Shown: positions 31,994 to 40,968, numbered from the stretch's first letter. The stretch is 64,000 nucleotides of DNA from Sedimentisphaerales bacterium (GCA_963663805.2 CAXXMR010000027.1:1-64000); one strand, 5' to 3'. Notes: a model not told the origin generated them from the letters alone. Numbers and translations are program-made.

Positions 31994-32658
31994 AGTAATT
32001 TAACTCCTAACAATACAAAGAAGTGAGCCGGATAAAACCAGCGCCAAAGCCAATTGGGAATCTGTAATTTAAAATTCTTGGGGCAAAGATAGATAACCGG
32101 CAAGGCCAGTATAGCGAAAATCTGGACCGGATTATTTGTAATAGAGGAATACAGCAAAGTAAGGGCAATATAAAATATTATCCCTTTTACTTTGTGAGTC
32201 TCTAAAAGTCTGAATACAAACAACAGTAACAGGCCGTATATGCTGTATTCAACCAAAGCGGTACATAATCCCAGAAATACCGCAATAGCTTTATGGCCGC
32301 TCTGCCAAAGCTGATAAACCAGAATGAAGATTGCAAAGGTAAATACAATATTGAATTTGCACGAGACAAACAAAGCGAAACCATATTGAGCCAGTGCCGC
32401 TATAACTGCCAGACGCAGGAAGTACCGGAATTTATTGTCTGTCCAGTCTATCCCGGTTGCCATCAGGTAGGCATAAATGGGAAAAGCTATCCTGCCGACC
32501 ATTCGCAAGGCTAATACTTGCGGAAAGAATATCATACCGATATGGTCTAAAACCATCGTAATAATGGCAATGCACTTGAGATATTCCCGCCGATTGTCAA
32601 TTAGTTTTCCATTCGTAGTATAGTTCCATCGGACAATATTATCATTCGTTTGCGCCAT
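31981..32658 (-). CDS. traX: TraX-family membrane acetylase-like protein (true start probably near 32600)
   Basis: LKCIAIITMVLDHIG, GRIAFPIYA, NIVFT, EYSIYG, FYPAH. Confidence 0.82.
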   Translation of the reverse strand: MAQTNDNIVRWNYTTNGKLIDNRREYLKCIAIITMVLDHIGMIFFPQVLALRMVGRIAFPIYAYLMATGIDWTDNKFRYFLRLAVIAALAQYGFALFVSCKFNIVFTFAIFILVYQLWQSGHKAIAVFLGLCTALVEYSIYGLLLLFVFRLLETHKVKGIIFYIALTLLYSSITNNPVQIFAILALPVIYLCPKNFKLQIPNWLWRWFYPAHFFVLLGVKLLCVN

Positions 32659-33851
32659 ATTATTTCCTCAACTTTCTTGCCCTGATATATGCCGGAATCT
32701 ATTATTTCCCCTATTTGCAAATCCAAACCATTTTTCAGTAAAACACTGTCCCTTGTCATAAGGGCTATGGCAGATTCGGAAATAAGTTTTTCCTGCAAGG
32801 TTTGTTTTTCCTGATTGGCCTTTTCTAGTTCCTGCTGAATTTGCAAAAGTTCATTGGCGGGAATAACCGGCTGGGCAGTATTAACAGCAGGAGCCGTTTT
32901 AACGTTTTCAACTTTCTTAATCGCTGTTTGTTTCTTGGCAAGATAGCTGAGCTTTTCCAGAAAAGTTCTGAATAATATTTTGCTGCCGCCGAACAACACT
33001 ATCCAGCAGAACAAAGCGACAATTAACGCCCTTGAAGCCAGAGCGAGAGGGTGAGTCTTGATAAACCACCAGAAAACACCTATACGGCCATGCTTTTGAA
33101 ATTCATGTTGGGCCGCCTTGCCAGCCTTACCGCCGGTATGCGGGGCGACAAAGGAGTCATAGAACTGGAAATAATACGGGTCGAGCGTGAAAGTCTCCCG
33201 GTGTGATACTTTCCACTTGCCGTCAATGGAGCGTTTTTCAATCTGATGTATCTTTTTTTCATACACTCCGGTTAATGCTGCCTGTAATTCGTACCAGTGC
33301 GCCATCTGTATTTTGAAGAACGGGTCACGGTTGGTTTCGCCATTGACAAGGCTGATTAAAACTGAGGCTTCCCATTTAATTTCATCGGCCAGCTTATTAG
33401 GTGATTGGGTCAAAAATTCAACCGTTGCCCCTCTATGCCGGATTTCACCCAACCACTTGCCCCATTTTTGCCGTTGATGTTTGGGAGTGGATACGCCACA
33501 AAAATTATGTATTTCATCTATGGCGATATGAGCGTTATTTATATCAATATCCTGAAAATAACTCCACGGTCCCTCCGCTAAATCTGTTTGCCGACGATCA
33601 TAGGTCAGCATCCATTTATCAAGCTCGGCTTTCGGGATAATATGTATTCTTTCCAGAATCTTTTCTTTTGGGATATTATGTTTTTTGCTGACCACTTCGG
33701 CCATCTTGTCAGCAAAGGCCGGATAGTTAGTGTAAATATGGCCGGTTTCTTTCGGCAGAAATTCATCGACCATAAACCTTGAACATCGGCGATAGGTCTT
33801 GCCGGAACCCGCCGGGCCGGTTGTCAGATATACTGTACTTCTTTTTGCCAT
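32601..33851 (-). CDS. zot: Zot/pI-like morphogenesis ATPase
   Basis: N-terminal Walker A GPAGSGKT, IYTNY, Walker B IAIDEIH, RHRG..FLTQ, then one TM segment. Confidence 0.9.
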   Translation of the reverse strand: MAKRSTVYLTTGPAGSGKTYRRCSRFMVDEFLPKETGHIYTNYPAFADKMAEVVSKKHNIPKEKILERIHIIPKAELDKWMLTYDRRQTDLAEGPWSYFQDIDINNAHIAIDEIHNFCGVSTPKHQRQKWGKWLGEIRHRGATVEFLTQSPNKLADEIKWEASVLISLVNGETNRDPFFKIQMAHWYELQAALTGVYEKKIHQIEKRSIDGKWKVSHRETFTLDPYYFQFYDSFVAPHTGGKAGKAAQHEFQKHGRIGVFWWFIKTHPLALASRALIVALFCWIVLFGGSKILFRTFLEKLSYLAKKQTAIKKVENVKTAPAVNTAQPVIPANELLQIQQELEKANQEKQTLQEKLISESAIALMTRDSVLLKNGLDLQIGEIIDSGIYQGKKVEEIIWRKRMIILSDGTILRMEN

Positions 33852-33853
33852 TT

Positions 33854-34174
33854 TTACCCCACAGTTGGAATTAATTTCAATACGAATTTCACGGTAACAA
33901 ATACCGCAACAAAAGTGTAATACACTGCTAATAGGGTAACACCGTAATCAAGAGGAACCCATGAATTGGCAACCTCAATCCAGACTTTCATTGGCTCAAG
34001 ATTGGCCTGCCAGTCAGCCGGGACCATTTCCAGCAGGAAACCCAGCCCGGTATCAACCAGAGTCTTTATGGAGTCACTAAGCCAGTTCCAGAAGGCTACT
34101 AGAGCATTTATAATGGCCGATTCCCACCAGCTAGGCTGTTCCTCGCTGGCAAGTATATAGAGAAAATTGAACAT
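33854..34174 (-). CDS. pVI-like minor coat protein
   Basis: 106 aa, hydrophobic, ends LKLIPTVG, lies immediately upstream of zot. Confidence 0.75.
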   Translation of the reverse strand: MFNFLYILASEEQPSWWESAIINALVAFWNWLSDSIKTLVDTGLGFLLEMVPADWQANLEPMKVWIEVANSWVPLDYGVTLLAVYYTFVAVFVTVKFVLKLIPTVG

Positions 34175-34186
34175 GATTATGCCTTT

Positions 34187-35720
34187 CTAATATTGCCGTA
34201 ATACCAGCCAGATATTTCTGATGAGCCAATAGGTCATGAGCGCAATAAACAACATGCGTATCCATTTACGGAGCTGGTCAACTGCCGCCCCCATTGTTGT
34301 TGATGTATCAGGCACGAGATTAATTTTGTATTCCTGAACACCAGCACCGGGAAAGGGTATACGTAGGGTAACGGTATAATCACGCTGGTTATCAGGCCGG
34401 AGGGATTCCCAGTTGCCCCGGATTTTATCGAAGCGCCCTAACATATCATCATAGTCTTGATCGCCGAAATTAAAAGATGAGGGATTAGTGGTATAATTCC
34501 CCGGTTCGTACTGGTCGGGGTCTTGATAAGTATCATCATTATCGGGAGCGTCATTATTGGTATCACCTGTACCATCGCCGCTATAACCGCCCGTTGAATA
34601 AACCATCATGGTAATCGTCCGGGTCAGTGGGGTCAGTTGCCGGCGGTGCTACCGGGTTGGGATTATCAACCGTTGGCGTAGGTGTCGCCGGGTTGGTTTC
34701 GCTGTAGTTGCTTTCCCCGTCGCCGTCATAGTCCAGATTGTTCCAGTCCGGGTCATATAATTCTGAGGGGTAATCATCGGAATTTAGCCAGTTAGAGCCG
34801 CTATCCCATTCCAGACCATCGGTATAGCCATCGCCATCCGAATCATTCAGACGCCAGTTACCAACGCCGTTATCACTAACGGGATTAAACATATTTATTT
34901 CAGAATCGAAATCACCCGTTCCCGGTGCTTTTGATGTTGCATCATACGGGTCGAAACCGTGTGTTTCTTCCCAGCCATCGGAAAAACCATCACCATCAGA
35001 ATCAATATTCCGTTTATTCTCCCAGTTATCAGCCCATGCTGTGGGGTCTTCCTGCCAGAGTTTATAATCGAAAGGGTCGTCGTTAGTGCCAGTGGCAGAA
35101 GTCCAGTTTGTACCTTCAAAATTTTCACCAAATATCTTTTTGCCAAGTTCATTCATATACTGGTCATGTAATGGGCAGTCTTTATCAATCTGGTCCGGTA
35201 TGCCGTCCAAATCTTCATCTATTAATGGATTGTTAATTTCATTGGCGTAATCATCCAGTAAATCCAAATCATCCGGCGGGGAATAGGGGCCGCCATCAAC
35301 AAACTGGCTGTAATCCGGGGCAGAACTGCAAGCACTGTAATAGCTTTCTGCATTACCGCCCCAGCTACCATCTACATACCAGCGACCACCACCAGAACTA
35401 TCCCACTGAAAACATTTGTAGCCTGAATATGAATGCCATGTACCGGAATAATAGTACATTGAACCTGTCCCGCAATACCTTCTGGTGCCATCTGATGAAG
35501 TATAAACCGTCGGCATTAGAAACGTATAGCCAGGTTGACTGCCGGTAAACATGCCTATCCCTTCCCCCGCGCAAATATCAACCGGGGAAGGTGTACTGTT
35601 ATCAACGGCAAAGGTCGGCAAAGCCGTCAATAGTGATATTACCAGAGTTTTCTTGAGTCTTTTGCTAACAGGATTAAACGCCATGATACAGCACCCCAGA
35701 TAATAGTTGCGGTTATACAC
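34187..35720 (-). CDS. pIII-like adsorption protein, split into two ORFs (34581..35720 and 34187..34609) by an apparent 1-nt frameshift
   Basis: Leader peptide, Cys-containing N-domain, DxDGDG repeats, Pro/Thr/Asp linker; the C-terminal TM anchor lies in the second ORF; position is between coat genes and pVI. Confidence 0.7.
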
Positions 35721-35860
35721 AATACCTTTAACATGAATTTGGATTCATAAATGTCGTTCTGTATCGTCTGCCATTGATTAGGGTCAATAACCACCGTAGA
35801 GGCAAGGCAGCTTGAGGACAGAAAGAGCAATATCAATATGAATTTCATTTTATTCCCCAT
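35639..35860 (-). CDS. Small membrane protein, probable minor virion protein
   Basis: Signal peptide, one TM segment and a basic tail; lies within the structural module. Confidence 0.6.
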   Translation of the reverse strand: MGNKMKFILILLFLSSSCLASTVVIDPNQWQTIQNDIYESKFMLKVLCITATIIWGAVSWRLILLAKDSRKLW

Positions 35861-35869
35861 AAAAAAAGG

Positions 35870-36013
35870 CTAAGTGGAGCGTTTGCCCCACTTTAGCCCG
35901 ACTCGGATAATGGTAAATGCAACAGAACCGCCGATAAGAATAAGCAGCCACGGCCCGATTAAACTTACTACCGCAACCAGAAAACCACCTATATCATTAA
36001 GCTCAAATTCCAT
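35870..36013 (-). CDS. Leaderless coat-protein paralogue (47 aa, not in ORF track)
   Basis: MEFELNDIGGFLVAVVSLIGPWLLILIGGSVAFTIIRVGLKWGKRST aligns without gaps to the mature major coat protein. Confidence 0.7.
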   Translation of the reverse strand: MEFELNDIGGFLVAVVSLIGPWLLILIGGSVAFTIIRVGLKWGKRST

Positions 36014-36041
36014 TGCAAATACCTATTATCCTTTAACAAGA

Positions 36042-36269
36042 TTAACCAATCTTGTTGCCCCATCGCAGGGCACGTCTTACCACCAGAAAAGCGAAGTAAC
36101 CACCCACAGCAACCGCAGCAACAGCGCCGAGGGCAGTAATACCGGCGGTGATATAACCGCCTACATCAATTCCGGTATCGGGGATGGTGACTCCACTGGC
36201 AAAAACACGGGAAGCACCGGCACCGACCAAGACAGCGCCCCCAAGGGCTAAATTCCTGACCTTTTTCAT
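36042..36269 (-). CDS. pVIII-like major coat protein (75 aa precursor)
   Basis: Signal peptide ending VFA; about 51 aa mature chain with acidic N-terminus, Ala/Gly/Val TM helix and basic C-terminus RRALRWGNKIG; AAGGA RBS. Confidence 0.85.
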   Translation of the reverse strand: MKKVRNLALGGAVLVGAGASRVFASGVTIPDTGIDVGGYITAGITALGAVAAVAVGGYFAFLVVRRALRWGNKIG

Positions 36270-36346
36270 AACAAAATCCTTTCGCAACACAAAACACAAT
36301 AAAATATAAAACAATTCAGTTTGGCCAAAACTGTTACACGCAAAAA

Positions 36347-36484
36347 TTAGATATTCTCACCATGCCAGAAGTTGAAAATCTTTAATCCATTACAGGCAAC
36401 GACTACAAAATGAAGGGCGGCATGAAATATAAAACCACATGACCAGCCGTAAATGACATAATTCCAGGGGCTGCTAAATTCCAT
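36347..36484 (-). CDS. Small hydrophobic ORF, pVII/pIX-like candidate (45 aa, not in ORF track)
   Basis: MEFSSPWNYVIYGWSCGFIFHAALHFVVVACNGLKIFNFWHGENI; overlaps the rep stop and precedes the major coat gene. Confidence 0.5.
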   Translation of the reverse strand: MEFSSPWNYVIYGWSCGFIFHAALHFVVVACNGLKIFNFWHGENI

Positions 36485-37436
36485 ATTGTTCACCGCTTTC
36501 GTCAAAATAACTCTCATAGTTACTTACCGGGCAGGTTCGGTAGCGTTCCTCATCGAGTGTTTCTTCGAGAATTGCCCGCACCCAGTCAGGCATAAAATCA
36601 GGTTTTCTCTTATTTATCAAGTGAAGTGCGGCGGCGTCCGCCGCCGCCAACCCTGCAAAGCAGCACAAATGGTCACGGTCAACATCAAGATGCATCCAGC
36701 CTTTCTCCGAACCAATGACATTAACATTATTTTCCATGCAGGCTTTTAATAAAAAACCGATATGAACATTAACGGTGAAAAAACTTGGGTCAGTAACACC
36801 TTCCCGGCATAAGGTTTTATTTCGATATTCCTCCAGACGAACAGCAATAGGGATATAACAGCCAGATTTTCCCCAAGGGTCGGGGATTTTCTTGTCGTAC
36901 TTTTCCTTTTCGTTTTCTTCCTCCCAGAAGCCGGGACTGACGGCAACAATTTTTACCGTCTTGGGTTTTTCCGCCAGAATCCACGCCGGGACTTTTCCAT
37001 CTTTGGCTACGTATTTAGTTACGTAACCGGCAATAGAGTCTTTCCAGCGGTTGACCCAGACGAATCCATGCCCCCAGAGTGCCTGTAGATCACTCTGAGG
37101 GATGAACCCGGAATAATCAATGATAAGATGAAAATGAACCCAGCCGCCTTCCTGAAATTCTAATTTCCGCATCCATTTACCGGTTAGCGATTCTCCTAGA
37201 TACCGGGATAGACGCCTGATGAATAACGGGACGTGCTGTTGTTCTTTCATCTGGTAATAAAGTTCCCTTGGCGATTCGTAATCGTCATGTCTGTAAGTTA
37301 AAGTAATGAACAACCCACGACGGCCACCCATACGGTTTTTAATTCTTTCCGCGAGGTTAAACGAAAGAAACGGGACGCTTAGAGGGTCAAACCAACTTTT
37401 CAGACTGGGAACTTTTACCGCTATCATGATTATCAA
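36474..37436 (-). CDS. Rolling-circle replication initiator (HUH endonuclease), element 2
   Basis: FITLTY, WVHFHLII, YVTKYVAK; full-length paralogue of 15096..16049. Confidence 0.88.
   Translation of the reverse strand: MIIMIAVKVPSLKSWFDPLSVPFLSFNLAERIKNRMGGRRGLFITLTYRHDDYESPRELYYQMKEQQHVPLFIRRLSRYLGESLTGKWMRKLEFQEGGWVHFHLIIDYSGFIPQSDLQALWGHGFVWVNRWKDSIAGYVTKYVAKDGKVPAWILAEKPKTVKIVAVSPGFWEEENEKEKYDKKIPDPWGKSGCYIPIAVRLEEYRNKTLCREGVTDPSFFTVNVHIGFLLKACMENNVNVIGSEKGWMHLDVDRDHLCCFAGLAAADAAALHLINKRKPDFMPDWVRAILEETLDEERYRTCPVSNYESYFDESGEQYGI
36594..36657 (-). other. Candidate double-strand origin inside rep 2
   Basis: Identical to 15216..15279; hairpin plus CTTGATA. Confidence 0.7.
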
Positions 37437-37447
37437 TTCCTTGGAAA

Positions 37448-37714
37448 TTATTCTTTTTCGTCCACGGGTTTAATGCCCGCAAGGTCAAACTGGGGGACAT
37501 TGTTAAAGAAACTAAAAGTACCAAAACAGCGGACGTTTTGACCTATAACAACTTCCTGATAAAGACTTATATCTTCTGTCCGAAGATTGAAATTCTTACC
37601 GAGAGTTGCTACGGAAATGATATATTGACGCCATTTTGAGTCGGCCTTCTTGGGCATAATGACTCTGGTGTCTTGAACGATACCGCAAATTTCAAATCGG
37701 TCCAACAATTTCAT
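37448..37714 (-). CDS. Probable ssDNA-binding protein (pV-like)
   Basis: 88 aa, beta-strand and aromatic pattern compatible with an OB fold, adjacent to rep; positional inference. Confidence 0.55.
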   Translation of the reverse strand: MKLLDRFEICGIVQDTRVIMPKKADSKWRQYIISVATLGKNFNLRTEDISLYQEVVIGQNVRCFGTFSFFNNVPQFDLAGIKPVDEKE

Positions 37715-38014
37715 AAAACTGGCTCCTAAAAAAGTAGTAAAAAAATAAAAACCTTTTTTTGCTCAGGCTCCCCTACAAATCCGGCAGCAGCGCTGCTCAC
37801 CGTCCCTTTCTTTTTCGCCCTCCAACCGCTTGCGCGAGGGCGAAAAAGCGGAGACGGCAGCAGCTTAAATTTTCGTTGGGGAGCCTCTATTTACTTTTCA
37901 ATGTGAGGCTTTCTAAATTACTAACGGCCTCTATAATTGGCCGATAGTTGCATTTTTTTTGAAAGTTTTTCGAGGAAATGTGGAATTTGAGATTGGAAAC
38001 GCAGAAAAAAAGTT

Positions 38015-38335
38015 TTATTTTTCTTCTGAAAGTTGTATCGACCGTTGCATTTTGGCGCGGGATTTAAGATATTGCGAAACGCTTTCCCAGCGGTATAAAG
38101 TGACCTTGTTGACACCCACTTTGCGGGATAACTCATCAACAGTAATATCGGGACAACTCAGAATATACGCCATCGCCAGAGTTTTTTTGTCAACATGAAC
38201 CAGACGATTATCTGAAAAATATTGAACCTGCTTTTTGCCTTGGGAATCGCCGCACAAGCTATCTATTTCACCATCAACAATTTTCAGCGAGTCAATAAGG
38301 GATTGTTTCAATTGAATTAAATCAGGTAATTTCAT
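38015..38335 (-). CDS. HTH DNA-binding protein
   Basis: ITVDELSRKVGVNKVTLYRW. Confidence 0.7.
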   Translation of the reverse strand: MKLPDLIQLKQSLIDSLKIVDGEIDSLCGDSQGKKQVQYFSDNRLVHVDKKTLAMAYILSCPDITVDELSRKVGVNKVTLYRWESVSQYLKSRAKMQRSIQLSEEK

Positions 38336-38399
38336 GATATGCCAAGGAGTACAAAAAATGGCTCTCCTAGCGGAACTTACAAGGCTAGGAGAGCAAAGA

Positions 38400-38621
38400 T
38401 TATTTATGCAAATTTTTCATTCGGTTTTTCTCAAATAGGCACACCTCCTTTCGTAAATATCTGATAGTACTGCCTTTCTTTTTGCCTAAACACAGAACCA
38501 CAAACCCTTCCTCGCAAGCAATGGACATCACGGTATTTCGGGAAACTTGCCAGCGGTGGGCTAATTCTTTAGGTGAGACGTAAACAGAATCGTTTGAAAC
38601 ATTTGTTGTGCTGTTTTTCAT
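38400..38621 (-). CDS. Excisionase/AlpA-like winged-HTH protein
   Basis: YVSPKELAHRWQVSRNTV..IRY; 73 aa, basic. Confidence 0.65.
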   Translation of the reverse strand: MKNSTTNVSNDSVYVSPKELAHRWQVSRNTVMSIACEEGFVVLCLGKKKGSTIRYLRKEVCLFEKNRMKNLHK

Positions 38622-38813
38622 GCTAAAATCCTTCGGTAATTCTATTAACGCTTCCAGTAGTGGCCGACCGTCGCATGAAAAACGTTAAAAAAAAGCCTGA
38701 AAATGGATTTTCAGGCTAAAAACGAGGGAAAATATTTTTATTTTGTCTAAAAACGTCGCATTGTTCGTCGCATGGATAGCGAAAATAACCACTTGAGGCC
38801 GATGGGGAATGAT

Positions 38814-39128
38814 TTAGCGGCTATATCTGTCACGCTTGTAATCTTTTCTTGCCCTCAAAATCCTTCCAACTTCCGACCAGCGGTATAACGTCGATTTGTG
38901 TACCCCGACCATTTTTGCTAATTCTTCGGAAGGTATCCCCGGTAGTCTTAAAAGTATCGCCATTGCGACATCCTGCGGGTCTAAATCTATGGTTTTCCCA
39001 CCGGTTCGATAGGTAATACCGTTACTCTCAACGCCTCCCGATATGCCCTCCGACCCGTTATTCCCAACCAGCTCTAGAAGTTCATTGAGAAGATTTATTG
39101 CCAATTGTCTTTGTTTGGCATTCATCAA
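38814..39128 (-). CDS. HTH DNA-binding protein, paralogue of 38015..38335
   Basis: IPSEELAKMVGVHKSTLYRW. Confidence 0.7.
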   Translation of the reverse strand: MMNAKQRQLAINLLNELLELVGNNGSEGISGGVESNGITYRTGGKTIDLDPQDVAMAILLRLPGIPSEELAKMVGVHKSTLYRWSEVGRILRARKDYKRDRYSR

Positions 39129-39532
39129 TCTATCTCAATACTGGAAGATTATTTTATTTCATGGCTTATATCATTGAATATAAAAGCGCGCGGATACCTC
39201 GGTCTAAATTTTAAAAGCAAAGTCAGGGTTATGGAAAATAGACTTAAGCCGATAAAGGCGGATTATCCCGATGGTTTATATTGGGGTATCATTTGACAGG
39301 TTCCTTCCATGCTGCTGCAATTCTGTGTGTAGCCGCTTTCAATAAAGGCGGGATGTCCAAAATATACAATATAGATTTTCGTGACGCAAATTATCGCCCC
39401 TTAAATATATGTTTTTATTCAGGTGGACATTACGCAATCGGCAGGCAGGAAAAAAACACGACCTCCGGGGTTGAAAAAGACTGTCAGGCAAAAAAGAGGC
39501 CCAAAGTGGGAACACTTTTGGGTACACTCAAC

Positions 39533-39561
39533 TTGACAACATGGGACATATATTATATAAT
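39533..39561 (+). promoter_or_regulatory. Consensus sigma70 promoter at the right end of element 2, facing the att core
   Basis: TTGACA-17 nt-TATAAT; homologous TTGACA-17 nt-TAATAT at 16463..16491 in element 1. Confidence 0.75.
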
Positions 39562-39623
39562 GACATTCGGTAAACTATTGTGTTTACTGTAAGTTATGAA
39601 TTTGCAATGGGGTCATTAACTCC

Positions 39624-39665
39624 CTCATAACCCGGAGGTCGTTGGTTCGAATCCAGCCCCCGCTA
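39624..39665 (+). repeat. att junction between elements 2 and 3: second duplicated 3' half of tRNA-fMet
   Basis: CTCATAACCCGGAGGTCGTTGGTTCGAATCCAGCCCCCGCTA, identical to 16552..16593. Confidence 0.93.
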
Positions 39666-39677
39666 ATCCTTGTTATA

Positions 39678-39709
39678 AAGGGACTTGCAGCAATGTAAGT
39701 CCTTTTTTT
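39678..39709 (+). terminator. Intrinsic terminator at the left end of element 3
   Basis: AAAGGGACTTGCA-GCAA-TGTAAGTCCTTTT plus T-run. Confidence 0.75.
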
Positions 39710-39798
39710 GTGCGCCAAAATCAGGGTATTGTACCCTAAAGTGTACCCTGTGAGGCCGGAGGACTTGCCAAATATGGAAAACTTTTTTGGAGAAAGTC

Positions 39799-40968
39799 AT
39801 GGCAAGTTTTTTAAAGAAACGAGGTAAAGTTTATTATGCTCAGTATTATATCGGAACCAAGCAAAAACGGGTGAGTCTGGAAACTATGTCTTACCAAGTA
39901 GCAAAAGAAAAAATTCGGGATATTGAATCGGCTTTGTCGATGGGGTCGGATTCTCCGCTACCTTCCAAAACTCCCCTAGAAAAAATTCTACAGAAATATG
40001 TCGTGCATATCCGCACGGTCAAGACTGCTAAGAGTGCCCAGACTGATGTTTACTATTTACGTCAGATGTTCGGGCCTATCTGTACTGGGTTGCAGGTGAC
40101 TATCCGGAAGGTATCTGCTAAAGCCCTCAAAAGGCCGCCCAAGCCGGGGCAGGACCGGAGATTTAAAGCATCGGTGATCGAGGTAGGATATTTTGAGCAA
40201 ATCACCACAGAGGCAATATCTAGCTTTATATCGGCAAAAGTGCGTAGCACGGGGATAGCACCCAAGACAGCTAATCGATATCGGGAGATAATGTGCAGGC
40301 TGTTTAACTGGGCCATGGCTGAGGGTGGAGTGAAAATGCCTAACGATAAGAACCCAGCCGCTAAGGTGGGAAGGTACAAAGAATCTGCCCCTAAAATACG
40401 GTTTTTAACCTTACCGCAGATTGATGAGCAGCTAAATGCCCTTAGCGATTGCCCGCAAATTAAGATAATGGTGGCAATGTACATCTACGCAGGGTTAAGG
40501 CGGGAAGAATTGCTATGGCTCAGGCAAGAGGATATAAACCTAAAGGCAGGATATAACGGCATGATTCGGATACAGGCCAAGACCGTTAATGACGAAAGCT
40601 GTGAGCCAAAAACAAAGGTAAATCGTGCAGTGCCAATAAGTTCTAGCTTGCGAAGTGTTTTAGAATATTATCGTGTCCGTCCTTCGTTTGGAGATTGGTA
40701 TTTTCCCAGCCCACAGGGGCACAGATACGACCCGGATAACTTCTCAAGCGACCTTAGAGCAGCTAATCATAAAGTGGGCTTAAAATGGACCTGTCTGGAT
40801 TTTCGGCATACTTTTGGAAGTCAGCTTGCAATGAAAGGGGAAAGTTTGTATAAGATATCTACTTTATTGGGTAATTCGCCGGAAATTTGTAAAAGGCATT
40901 ACGCAGCTTTGTTGCCTGAAAGTTTGTTTAATACCGTTGATTTCGCAAGTAAAACCAGTGTTAACTAA
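39799..40968 (+). CDS. Tyrosine integrase 3 (only remaining gene of element 3)
   Basis: AGLRREE, PKTK, LDFRHTFGS, LLGNS, RHY; ATG 39799 with GGAG RBS. Confidence 0.92.
   Translation: MASFLKKRGKVYYAQYYIGTKQKRVSLETMSYQVAKEKIRDIESALSMGSDSPLPSKTPLEKILQKYVVHIRTVKTAKSAQTDVYYLRQMFGPICTGLQVTIRKVSAKALKRPPKPGQDRRFKASVIEVGYFEQITTEAISSFISAKVRSTGIAPKTANRYREIMCRLFNWAMAEGGVKMPNDKNPAAKVGRYKESAPKIRFLTLPQIDEQLNALSDCPQIKIMVAMYIYAGLRREELLWLRQEDINLKAGYNGMIRIQAKTVNDESCEPKTKVNRAVPISSSLRSVLEYYRVRPSFGDWYFPSPQGHRYDPDNFSSDLRAANHKVGLKWTCLDFRHTFGSQLAMKGESLYKISTLLGNSPEICKRHYAALLPESLFNTVDFASKTSVN

Larger units (their letters stand above)
16552..39665. mobile_element. Integrative element 2 (23072 bp core to core): filamentous-phage (inovirus-like) prophage with defence and surface-protein cargo and two IS insertions
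   Basis: Flanked by tRNA 3'-half repeats; paired TGGG(T/A)ACA repeats at both ends; Rep-ssb-coat-pIII-pVI-Zot-secretin gene order. Confidence 0.88.
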
